IMG/VR virus record: IMGVR_UViG_3300020576_003530
Location: 1-64,000 of that record
Direction: 5' to 3' (one strand)
Length of the DNA stretch: 64,000 nt
Origin: a virus
Lineage: Duplodnaviria; Caudoviricetes
The translations under genes and the position numbers were made by a program. The notes beneath the pieces were generated by a model. It had not been told where the DNA came from. It did no database searches and saw only the letters and a list, made by a program, of their open reading frames with translations. Each line of letters opens with the position of its first letter. The first letter of the stretch is position 1. Below, one piece after another: positions 41,051-50,369 of this stretch.

Positions 41051-41416
41051 ATGAAAATAGATGCTCTGCTGACTAGCTGTTATCAGGCATCATTAAGTAT
41101 GATGATGCCGTATAAAACTGGCGATAAGATTGATGTTGAAGATCATTACAAGATAGATACTAAAAGTAGAAAAATAAATTGGTCATATAAACATCGTGGC
41201 GAAGATGATTTCTTCTCTTTCTTAGGTTATGGAGTAGTAGTAGGGGATGAGCTTCTATCTTTCTCTCTCACTCTTACTCCTCAGTCCAATACCTATATTT
41301 TTACCGATTCCAACGTCGAACGTCAAATAATCAATCTTGTCTACCGTCATCCTTCTCTTGTTCGTTTTATTCCACTTCCCCTCTTCCATAGCCATGTTAA
41401 ATATCAAACTTCATAA
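41051..41416 (+). CDS. MKI-leader family protein
   Basis: MKIDALLTSC. Confidence 0.55.
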   Translation: MKIDALLTSCYQASLSMMMPYKTGDKIDVEDHYKIDTKSRKINWSYKHRGEDDFFSFLGYGVVVGDELLSFSLTLTPQSNTYIFTDSNVERQIINLVYRHPSLVRFIPLPLFHSHVKYQTS

Positions 41417-41647
41417 CGGTAAAATTGTTCAAACAATGACGGGTAAAATGAAGGTAGAAGATCTGGTAACCATCTTACTAGCTCTTTCTACTGGAGAACT
41501 TTATGAGCAACTTATTCTGAAATTGGAAGAATCGGTGGGAGAGGACGTCTTTAATCAGATCAAGATGGACATCATCAAGCGAAATAAGATTGGTGAGCAG
41601 GTTCTCCTCCATCAGGCCGCAACCCCTCTGTCAAAAAAGAGTAGCGA

Positions 41648-42031
41648 ATGAATATAGGTAAAATAGTTGATCAAATAAAAACAGTAAATGGTTTTCACTC
41701 ATTTCAGTTTGATGACAGGTTGAATCTATCAAAAAAAGAATTCGATAGTATTCTGTATGTAAAAATCGACAACGATGAGTTACAATATATTTCAACTCGC
41801 GGATATGGGACGGATTATTACGCATATGGATATGCTTACATTGTTGATAAGAAATACCTAAAAATGTCTGTAGAATATTTTGCTGAGGCAAACTACATTT
41901 TAGGTTATCATGGGTATTGGACTAGTAAAGAAGATTATGAGTACCATCTTGTTCGTGGTGGTGAAAACTATGAATATAATCTTCTGCCTATTGTGCCATC
42001 TTACAAAAAATTAACTTGGAAAGTAGGATAA
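41648..42031 (+). CDS. MKI-leader family protein, related to subfamily C
   Basis: MNIGKIVDQI; 'YAYGYAYI...SVEYFAEANYIL' resembles 53162..53587. Confidence 0.55.
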   Translation: MNIGKIVDQIKTVNGFHSFQFDDRLNLSKKEFDSILYVKIDNDELQYISTRGYGTDYYAYGYAYIVDKKYLKMSVEYFAEANYILGYHGYWTSKEDYEYHLVRGGENYEYNLLPIVPSYKKLTWKVG

Positions 42032-42864
42032 TGACCACAGTAAATGTGTTAGATAAGGGGTTTGTTAGACTGGTAGATTCCATGCCTCTTACCAATGGGG
42101 ATGCGGCAGTTGTACAGGCCGCTAGAGTGTCTTACGGAGAAGGTACAAAAACCATCAATGATGATAGGGCTCTAATTCGCTATCTACTTCGCCATCAGCA
42201 TACCTCCCCGTTCGAAATGGTAGAGTTTAAATTTCACATTAAGTTACCGATATTTGTTGCTAGACAAATGATCAGGACCAGATGTGCTAGCACAAATGAA
42301 GAAAGTGCTCGTTATTCAGTCTGTAGGGACGAGTTCTATGTGCCCGAGCTAGATCGAATCCTCGGTCAAAGTAAGGACAACAAACAATGTTCGGGTGGAG
42401 AACTAGATTCCGATCTTAAGGCTCGTTTCCAGCGATGGATAGTAGATTCCTCCAATGCCCAATATTCAATCTATTCCTCGTTTGTCGAGGAAGGTGTAGC
42501 ACGCGAACTTGCCCGTATTGGCCTACCTCTCAACATTTATACCGAGTGGTATTGGAAAATCGACCTCCATAACTTGCTGAGATTTCTAAGTCAACGGACT
42601 CACTCTCATGCTCAGTATGAAATCCGCGTATATGCTGATGCAATGCTTGAATTGATTCGCCCGCTAGTGCCCCTCAGTCTTCAGGCCTGGGAAGATTATG
42701 TAAGAGGGGCGGTAAACTTGTCTGCTCAAGAAGTAGGAATTGTTAAGAAACTGTTAGAGAATCTTGACTCAGATAGTCTTCGTAACTTCATCTATGCCAA
42801 TTTCCCTGCCGACTTCCTTTCTAAGAGAGAGTTGTCCGACTTATGTCACAAATTAATAAACTGA
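42031..42864 (+). CDS. thyX: FAD-dependent thymidylate synthase
   Basis: 'AARVSY', 'HTSPFE', 'PIFVARQ..RTR...NEESARY', 'HAQYEIR'. Confidence 0.95.
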   Translation: MTTVNVLDKGFVRLVDSMPLTNGDAAVVQAARVSYGEGTKTINDDRALIRYLLRHQHTSPFEMVEFKFHIKLPIFVARQMIRTRCASTNEESARYSVCRDEFYVPELDRILGQSKDNKQCSGGELDSDLKARFQRWIVDSSNAQYSIYSSFVEEGVARELARIGLPLNIYTEWYWKIDLHNLLRFLSQRTHSHAQYEIRVYADAMLELIRPLVPLSLQAWEDYVRGAVNLSAQEVGIVKKLLENLDSDSLRNFIYANFPADFLSKRELSDLCHKLIN

Positions 42865-43526
42865 TCTTTCAGGACGAGCCCCTCATTAGGTATGAGAGAG
42901 TACTGTGCCCGGCCTGCAAACAGCCTGCCTGTCCTCAAACCAACTGTACCAATCCGACTCTGGCCAAAGGGTTCAAAATTGATTCAGCCTTCTTCTATAC
43001 GCCACAATGCAGGTTTCGAAAGTACTCATACTACAACTTCTTTACTAATTGTCCGGTAAGTCAGTTGTTAATTGAGCGACTGGAACTCATTCAAGGTTTG
43101 GCAAAGATCTCCGTTAATTCGGCCTACGAATTTCAGGTCTGGATTTCGCCCGAGTTTAACGAAGACGAAGTTCGTTCCTCTATCATTGCTGAGTACAAAA
43201 AGTTTGTCAAAGAATTAAAGATTGTCGAAGCAAGAGTGTTTCTTGCTAATCAACAGTGGAAAATTGGCATTCGTATGCCTAACAATAAGGAGTTTTATTA
43301 TGTAACCGACACTATGAAGAAGGATTCAGATTCGAGCATTTTCAAGCTTATTGCCGAATCTATAGAGGGTGCAAAATTTATTGAGACATCAATTGATTTA
43401 AACCCGCCCAAAAGCTATACTTAAACGTGTCCAATGCCGGGCGTTCCGGTAACGTATAAGTTGTTGTGTTGATTGTGTTTTGTTTGATGTTAGAGTTTAG
43501 TTTTCACTTTTTAAAGGATTTTTCAC

Positions 43527-43763
43527 ATGGCTAAGATTATTTTCAATGGTTCGCCCGTCACCCTGAATTCCGTCGTTGGTTCCACCGTTGGTCAGTTCCG
43601 CGACTCTGCGGCTTTCGAGCAGGCCAAGGACCTCCTCGAGGTTCCTGACAACGTCAACCTCGAAATTCAGGACGGCACCACTTGGCGTACCGCTGACAAC
43701 GACGACCTGATTGAGACCGGTACCAATCTCCGTCTGACTCAGACTGTCGGTACCAAGGGCTAA
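43527..43763 (+). CDS. ubiquitin-like (beta-grasp) protein, PRTRC protein C-like
   Basis: 78 aa; C-terminus 'DDLIETGTNLRLTQTVGTKG' ends in Gly; AAGGA RBS; first gene of an E2/JAB/E1 operon. Confidence 0.75.
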   Translation: MAKIIFNGSPVTLNSVVGSTVGQFRDSAAFEQAKDLLEVPDNVNLEIQDGTTWRTADNDDLIETGTNLRLTQTVGTKG

Positions 43764-43867
43764 ATCGGAGTAAGCCAGACTAAGCTAGTTAAGTTAGTCT
43801 AATTGAAGTTCATACTGCGGGTTAAGTACGATCTCTAGATCCTCTGCTTAACCCCTTTTCATTCTTC

Positions 43868-43903
43868 GAGTCGGGTAGGGTTCACTCCCTGCTCGGCTTT
43901 TTT
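43868..43903 (+). terminator. intrinsic terminator after the Ubl gene
   Basis: GAGTCGGGTAGGG-TTCACT-CCCTGCTCGGCTT hairpin followed by a T run. Confidence 0.65.
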
Positions 43904-43953
43904 AATTCAGACGTTCTGAGTTAAGTTTTCACTCATACACAAGGATTTCATAC

Positions 43954-44817
43954 ATGACTGGTACACGGGTTAAGAAAGTTAAGTTGGCGGATAGCGTGGG
44001 GACTACTGCAGTAATTGGTAAGGCTACCGAAGCTATTGTTGGCAGTGAATCTGTTGTTAAGGCTAAGAAAAAGCGTGCCCCGCTCAAGGACAAGCTCAAC
44101 ACTAACAACACTATTGCTATCCTCAAGCCTGATGGTGTGCTTGTGCTTCAGATTGAGGCCAACGGCGAAACTGCCGAAGCCAAAGCTGTCGGTATGTGTG
44201 AGTGTTCGGATCTGATCGACGCCCTTCGCTCGGAAGAATCAATTTCTACCCCGATCCTGCCTCGCCATACTCGCTGCTATTCGACCATTCATAAGGGAGG
44301 TTCTAAGAAAGACGTATACCTGTTGGAGATTCCTCCAACTCTTCGCGTCCTCCAACACTCCATTCATGGCGAACTCCGTCTCTGGTTCCCCTATCACTAT
44401 TTCATTGTGAAGGCTTCCAGCATTAATGGCGACACTATTGTTGGCGGCCAGGTGATGACTTTCTTTGGTAATCGTCCGCTCAAGAACATGAATGACTATC
44501 CTCAGTCAATCGCTCTGAACAACGTGGAAACTCGTGGCATCATTTGTTTTGGAGAGAATACTATTGATCGTAATCACGCCGGTAAGGACTCCTCAGAAGT
44601 CATTAACGATGTGGTTCAAACCTTCTTTAGCTCCACCTTTAACAATCACTATGATGAGTACCTTCTCAATCTGATGCCCGCAGAACTTGCTGGCAAGAAC
44701 GCTAAGGAATTTTATGCTAATTGGCAAAAGAAAGCGGAAGACCCAATTTCTGCCTGCTCATTTAGCTGGCGGACTTACAACATTAGCTTTGCAGACCTTA
44801 TGAAAGGAAATTCTTAA
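43954..44817 (+). CDS. prokaryotic E2-like protein (family D / PRTRC protein B-like)
   Basis: 'PILPRH', 'FPYHYF', 'LNNVETRGIICFG' with candidate catalytic Cys, 'FFSSTFN'. Confidence 0.7.
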   Translation: MTGTRVKKVKLADSVGTTAVIGKATEAIVGSESVVKAKKKRAPLKDKLNTNNTIAILKPDGVLVLQIEANGETAEAKAVGMCECSDLIDALRSEESISTPILPRHTRCYSTIHKGGSKKDVYLLEIPPTLRVLQHSIHGELRLWFPYHYFIVKASSINGDTIVGGQVMTFFGNRPLKNMNDYPQSIALNNVETRGIICFGENTIDRNHAGKDSSEVINDVVQTFFSSTFNNHYDEYLLNLMPAELAGKNAKEFYANWQKKAEDPISACSFSWRTYNISFADLMKGNS

Positions 44818-45044
44818 TGTCCAAGACTATTGACGTAGAATTACTGAAAGACCGAACAAAGAATACTAAGAAGACCAGCACGGGCAAACTAGACGATAAT
44901 TTCAGTCGTCTCGTTAGTGCTCTCAATAAGTGTTCGTTCTATGACTGTAAGGGTATTGAAGATACCGACGAGTTTGTGGAATTCATCAATCAGACTGACA
45001 AAGGTAAATCAGTCGTTTCTCTCGCTAAAGGAGTCCGTAGATGA
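44817..45044 (+). CDS. small hypothetical protein within the Ubl operon
   Basis: start and stop overlap both neighbours. Confidence 0.55.
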   Translation: MSKTIDVELLKDRTKNTKKTSTGKLDDNFSRLVSALNKCSFYDCKGIEDTDEFVEFINQTDKGKSVVSLAKGVRR

Positions 45045-46444
45045 TTATTGATGTTGGAATTGCAAAGTTAGAAATTGTTGCTCCCGAGGGAGAAGTTACG
45101 CATGACTCTTCGATCAATTATCACAATTATCGTGGTACATGGTTGAAGAGACGGCAAATCGGACCTGCCACCTATTTGGTGCCAGTAAATGATCGTGAGG
45201 AAGGTAACATCAGCAAATGGATGGAACAATCTCTTGGTGAGGCAAAATATAAGCCCGCCATGATTTACTTCCTGAATTATGATCAGAAGGTCAAACTAGA
45301 TCCTGAGGATCTCCGTTACTTCATGCGTTATGCACAGGCCATTCATAACAAGCATAAGACCGAGTGTGCGGCTCTCCTGCTGTACAATCCTGACAATAAC
45401 GATTGGAAGTTCTTCTATCCATTGCAGGTTGATACAAGCGGAGGTGCCGTTACCTACATCTTCCCAACCTCAAACTTGGCAGATCCCAAGATTGCTAAGT
45501 ACTTTGAGAAGAACGAGGAAAATGTTAAACTGCACGAAAAAATCGTTGCAGACTACAATGAGTTGTTCGATGCTGGATACTCTGTGGCGGGCACCATTCA
45601 TAGCCATCACACTATGAGTGCGTATCACTCGGCAGTTGATGATGCCGACGAAATGAAGTTTGACGGACTCCACTTGGTTGTTGGTCACATCTTTAGCGGA
45701 TTTGACTTTGCTGCTCGGTGGATGCTTCAGCGGACTGAGTTTAAGCTCGATATTACCGATGTGGTCGATATCAGTAGGGAAGAATTAGTCAAAGACGTCG
45801 AGTCCATCGAAGTCTCTGACTGGGATATGGATCTACTGCGTCACTACACTAATCCGACGCCAAATCTGGCATTCTGGCACGGGAATAGCTGGGAAGGCTT
45901 TGAGGACCAGCGTGGTAATGCCTATGGTCATTATGGGAGTTACGGCAATCATGCAGGGTTTCTTCGCTCGGCTGAAGACTTGGTGTCAAGCCGTCGTGGG
46001 GGCGATTCTCTGTTTACCTGTTGCGATGCCTGTGGCAAACAAGTCAAGGAAGACGAAGGAAACAGACCCTTTGCCGGGTTCTGTGCAGAGTGTGGTAACC
46101 GATTTCTCTCCAACAACCCAAAAAGCATCTCGGCTATGTTCAACTACCGATATGCCAGCAAAAAACCGGGCAGCTACTTCCTCGAAGCGGACTATATTAG
46201 ACTATACGATCCCGATGTCAAAGAATTCGTCTGGATCAACCGCGAAGAATACGAAAAAGACAAATCTTTCTACTCCAAGTGCATCGTCAGAGAGCTTGAC
46301 GAAATCCGAATTGAGGAAGTTTCGGAAGCAATTGAAGAAATCCAAAAACAAGAAATGGGGCAAACGGTAGTAAAAAACGACAGTGAAGGTGAGGATATTT
46401 TTAATTTCCTCGATGAAGTGATGGATCCTAATAGGGAGTCTTAA
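45041..46444 (+). CDS. JAB/JAMM metallo-isopeptidase with C-terminal zinc ribbon and acidic tail
   Basis: 'KTECAALL' Glu plus exact HxH-x7-S-xx-D 'HSHHTMSAYHSAVD'; 'CDACG...CAECG'. Confidence 0.85.
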   Translation: MIIDVGIAKLEIVAPEGEVTHDSSINYHNYRGTWLKRRQIGPATYLVPVNDREEGNISKWMEQSLGEAKYKPAMIYFLNYDQKVKLDPEDLRYFMRYAQAIHNKHKTECAALLLYNPDNNDWKFFYPLQVDTSGGAVTYIFPTSNLADPKIAKYFEKNEENVKLHEKIVADYNELFDAGYSVAGTIHSHHTMSAYHSAVDDADEMKFDGLHLVVGHIFSGFDFAARWMLQRTEFKLDITDVVDISREELVKDVESIEVSDWDMDLLRHYTNPTPNLAFWHGNSWEGFEDQRGNAYGHYGSYGNHAGFLRSAEDLVSSRRGGDSLFTCCDACGKQVKEDEGNRPFAGFCAECGNRFLSNNPKSISAMFNYRYASKKPGSYFLEADYIRLYDPDVKEFVWINREEYEKDKSFYSKCIVRELDEIRIEEVSEAIEEIQKQEMGQTVVKNDSEGEDIFNFLDEVMDPNRES

Positions 46445-47164
46445 ATGATTTTTGAAGTAAAGCGAATTCTTGTGGTGGGAGCTGGCGGTACTGGTAGTAT
46501 TTTGTTGCCTCAACTAGCCAGACTGTTGCTTCTGACCGAAAACATGCCCGAACTCCACATTGCTGACGGAGATTCTTACAGTGAGTCCAATATCACTAGA
46601 CAGAATTTTGCTCTGCAATATGTGGGTGAAAATAAGGCAAAGTATCAGGCCGAGTTGTTAGTCTTCCAAATGCCTAACATTGCGGATAAGATTTTCTATC
46701 ACGATCGATATTTGTCAAAGGCCGACATTGACGAACTCGTCATTGATGGCACCATCGTAATTAACTGCGTGGACAATCTTGCAGCCCGCAAGCACGTTGA
46801 AGACGCGGTGTGTAAGATGGATAATGGTGCCCATATCTGCTGTGGTAATGAACTCAAACACGGACAAGTTCAAATTAGCGGCCGCAAAAAGGGCGTTCAG
46901 TTTTCTCCCACTATTTTTGAGCGTAATCCCGAATGGAATTCGACCGACGATGATCGCTCCGAAATGACATGTGAGCAGATCGCCACACTGCCATCGGGCG
47001 GTCAGGTGATTTGTTCTAACATGACAGCAGCGTCGATTGCCCTTAATTTTGTGTATCAATTGATGTTTGCTCGTCGCAGTATCCCAAATTGCGATCAAGT
47101 CAATTTTACTATCATTGATAATGGGTATGAAAAGCTGGGGGCACAGGTGTTGGCAGCCGTGTAG
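46445..47164 (+). CDS. ThiF/E1-like adenylyltransferase
   Basis: 'VVGAGGTGS', 'DGDSYSESNITRQ', 'NKA', 'NCVDN', candidate catalytic Cys in 'MTCEQI'. Confidence 0.9.
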   Translation: MIFEVKRILVVGAGGTGSILLPQLARLLLLTENMPELHIADGDSYSESNITRQNFALQYVGENKAKYQAELLVFQMPNIADKIFYHDRYLSKADIDELVIDGTIVINCVDNLAARKHVEDAVCKMDNGAHICCGNELKHGQVQISGRKKGVQFSPTIFERNPEWNSTDDDRSEMTCEQIATLPSGGQVICSNMTAASIALNFVYQLMFARRSIPNCDQVNFTIIDNGYEKLGAQVLAAV

Positions 47165-47190
47165 TATGATGCAGTATGATGCAGTATGAT
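47161..47190 (+). repeat. three tandem 10-bp repeats
   Basis: GTAGTATGAT GCAGTATGAT GCAGTATGAT. Confidence 0.8.
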
Positions 47191-47226
47191 TAGATAGCGT
47201 TTCGTTTTACTTTTTAATTCTTTCCT

Positions 47227-47886
47227 ATGATCTCCAACCTAGAAATCTACAGTACAATTCCCTACTTACACCAGTCCGAGATCAACTATTGCAATCAGAT
47301 CTCCCTTGATTGTGGATTGCGGGCTATTAATTTTGGTCCGCAATTCTATTATGGTTATTTAGAAAATCAGGATAAGACTCAGTTTAATCTAAATCTTGAT
47401 AGAAACTATGGTGCTCATCTCTACGATGTGCGGGCACTCATACTGCAGTCTTACTGTCAAAAATTTGATCTAGTACGTACCATTAACTATGTACCAATTG
47501 CCAAAGATGTAATGGACAAAAATGTAGGAGCTCTTAGACAAGATAATGCCACCATTCTCAAAGTGTGTCACCGCTATGAAAAACATCCCCGCATTATTGT
47601 AGATATCAATAAGTTTGCCAATGAGCATGAGATCGAACAGTATGTGGGATTGCTGCTGTCGGATGGAATTTCTGATGTAATTCTCACAAACACCGACAGA
47701 TCGAGGCCGCTCAGCGACAATATAATGATACTGCAATTCCTTATGAGCAGTTTAAATCTTAAAATGTCCTATCTGGGCTGGCTGACCCCTGAGGACCTAT
47801 CAGATTACGCGATTTTTACCGATCCCCGCTTGACGTCTGTTCTGACCTTCCCCTACGGTGCCTATAAGATTTTAAACCTTTCGTAA
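47227..47886 (+). CDS. hypothetical protein, weak DeoC/aldolase TIM-barrel resemblance
   Basis: 'ILKVC...PRIIVD...GISDVILTNT' echoes DeoC strands without its catalytic Lys motif. Confidence 0.3.
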   Translation: MISNLEIYSTIPYLHQSEINYCNQISLDCGLRAINFGPQFYYGYLENQDKTQFNLNLDRNYGAHLYDVRALILQSYCQKFDLVRTINYVPIAKDVMDKNVGALRQDNATILKVCHRYEKHPRIIVDINKFANEHEIEQYVGLLLSDGISDVILTNTDRSRPLSDNIMILQFLMSSLNLKMSYLGWLTPEDLSDYAIFTDPRLTSVLTFPYGAYKILNLS

Positions 47887-47924
47887 GATTAGTGTATAGA
47901 AAGATATCAAAAGGTACATAAACT

Positions 47925-48443
47925 ATGGCACAACAATTCTCACTAATCAACTCGGCTGTCGCAACCAACGTTGCTGGCTCTACTATTTCTGGTCCTAATC
48001 TGGGTATTCAAAGCACTCAGTCGCAGATTACGTCTGTGGCTGAAAGTGCCAAGATTGCTCGGAGAGAGTTCATCAACCCGGCTTCGACTGGCAACGCGGC
48101 ATTCATTACGGGAACTACGCTGGGAGCGGTCGATAACTTCACCAAGATGATTGACTCGACTCCGGGCGATCAGATTGCAAGCTTGCCAGTTAATGCTAAG
48201 ACAACCGATAAATGGTTGCCAACCAACTTTAATAATGCTACTGAGGATGGCCCTATTAATTCCGTTATTCAAGGACTTGATGGACAATATTACAGCTACG
48301 ACTCTCTTGGTGTGCCCCTCAAGACTACGATGAAGACATCGTTTTCCCCACTATCAGCCAACTTTGGTGCCGATAACTCAGTTACCGGAACTCCTCAGAT
48401 CAACTTCAAGTTTGGCCGCTTGAACGCCACCGGCGTCCTGTAA
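47925..48443 (+). CDS. putative virion/late protein
   Basis: rich in S, T, G and N; preceded by the GTGTAT motif. Confidence 0.4.
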   Translation: MAQQFSLINSAVATNVAGSTISGPNLGIQSTQSQITSVAESAKIARREFINPASTGNAAFITGTTLGAVDNFTKMIDSTPGDQIASLPVNAKTTDKWLPTNFNNATEDGPINSVIQGLDGQYYSYDSLGVPLKTTMKTSFSPLSANFGADNSVTGTPQINFKFGRLNATGVL

Positions 48444-48769
48444 GTTAAGAAGTTAGAATGTTTTGACCTCTTCCTCGATTCTCCTAATGCTTTCCACATC
48501 TACTCCCTCTACCATTCTCGCCGATCTAACCATCGGCGATTTCTTTATCTTTGAGCATGATTTGTCTGACTTTAACCATCGCCACGATGGCCACGTTCCT
48601 ATTTGTCAAATTATGGAACCAGTCCAACCTATCAATTCTCTCTCCGGGTATTCAATAGGTGTCGAGTATATCCTAACTGGAAATACCTACCTAGATAATC
48701 GTAGAAAACCGAAAGTAATTCGAGGACGAGGGGTAGCAATGTCCAGTGCCGTTGTACTAAAGGTGCCCT

Positions 48770-49222
48770 ATGGCGTCACACTACAAGGTCAAACTGGTCA
48801 GTCGCCCTGGTCAACAAAATAAATACTGGTCAGTTGTACGTGAGATCGAATTAGAGACCTTTGCCACTGATCGTCCATACGATTTGTCTAAAGGTTATTG
48901 GTGGCTAATATATTATAAAAACACTCCCGTAGGATTTGCCGGTTTGGACGAGTGTCCAGATGGTACTTACTTTCTAAGTCGTGCAGGAGTACTATCTGCT
49001 CATCGTGGTAAGGGACTTCATAAGAGACTTATTACCATCCGATTGGCCTATGCCAAACGATTAGGGGCTCATGAAGTTTGGACTTATGTGTCAGAATCGA
49101 ATGTAGCGAGCAAAAATAATCTGTTGACCAAAGGTTTTAAACCTTATTATACTAGCGTAAGTCCAACATCTTATGGTAAAAAATGCACCACGTGGATTAG
49201 TTTAAGTAAGATAATTAAGTAA
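48770..49222 (+). CDS. GNAT-family N-acetyltransferase
   Basis: 'GVLSAHRGKGLHKRL' acetyl-CoA motif; 'NVASKNNLLTKGF'. Confidence 0.85.
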   Translation: MASHYKVKLVSRPGQQNKYWSVVREIELETFATDRPYDLSKGYWWLIYYKNTPVGFAGLDECPDGTYFLSRAGVLSAHRGKGLHKRLITIRLAYAKRLGAHEVWTYVSESNVASKNNLLTKGFKPYYTSVSPTSYGKKCTTWISLSKIIK

Positions 49223-49564
49223 GAGTTAGAATGATTTGCGATTTTTAAAGGATTTGTTCCTCAATGAGTATTGAAAATATTAAGTCTTCAATGGATAAGA
49301 TTGATAAGGTTGTAGATGAGCATGGGTTGGCAATGGCCAACACTATCTTAGTTCAAACGCTGGGATTGCTCAAGCAAAATAAGGTAAAAGCGACTGAGGA
49401 AAATATCTTGACTGTTTCCTCTCTCCTTCATACTTGTCGCCAGCAAGTTTATAATTCCTTCATGGAATTACTACAAGCAATGAATATGGAAAATACAACA
49501 GAAACTCAAGAAATAAATAACTCATCAAATATTGTTACTAATTTAGATCTGGAGGTCAACTAAT

Positions 49565-50008
49565 ATGTTTCAAGAAATTCCTGAAATTCATGTAAAAATT
49601 GTTAATCCCGATGCGATCATGCCAGCCAAGGCAGGTCCCAATGAATGTGGATATGATGTGACGGCTGCATCGGACCCCATTCTTACTGATACCTTGGTTG
49701 AGTACGATATTGGAATCCAAGTAGAGCCTCCGCCCGGTTTTTACTTTATTCTTGTTCCTCGTAGTAGTATTACCAAGTATGACTTGGTGTTTGCTCAAGG
49801 CGTTGGTATCATCGATCCCACCTATCGTGGCAATATCAAGATGCGATTTAAGCTGAATAAGCCGCAGGCCGAAGCCAAGTATTATGCTAAGGGTGAACGA
49901 GTTGGGCAACTTATTCTTATGCCTTACTTTAGTGCTCCTATCATTCAGAAAGAGACCCTTACTAATACTGCTCGTGGCGATGGCGGATTTGGTAGTACAG
50001 GAAAATAA
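49565..50008 (+). CDS. dut: trimeric dUTPase
   Basis: 'GYDV', 'PRSS', 'GIIDPTYRGNI', 'RGDGGFGSTG'. Confidence 0.95.
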   Translation: MFQEIPEIHVKIVNPDAIMPAKAGPNECGYDVTAASDPILTDTLVEYDIGIQVEPPPGFYFILVPRSSITKYDLVFAQGVGIIDPTYRGNIKMRFKLNKPQAEAKYYAKGERVGQLILMPYFSAPIIQKETLTNTARGDGGFGSTGK

Positions 50009-50369
50009 CGATGATTATTCTATCTCTCATTTTATTAGGTATTGTGTTTGCAAACGCATACTTTCTTAATGAATACATCTCTCAGAGAGATAAACAGTCT
50101 AAAATAGAAAATATTTGTTGTTTGTTTGCCATCATTTCTTGCTTCCTAGCCGGTTTCTATTTGGCCAAAATAGTTTACGAGTTGCCTCCAGTAGATATAA
50201 AAATTCAAATCAATGAAAAATAAGTTCTCGTATCTTGCCTACCTTCGTTCCGATCAGGCCATGCATATTGCAGGATTTTCCTGCGGTTTTCTCTTTGGTC
50301 TCGTACTATTCTTTCTTATTCTTACATTGATTTAAACTCCTATATCAGTGTATGTAATTCTACCTATCT

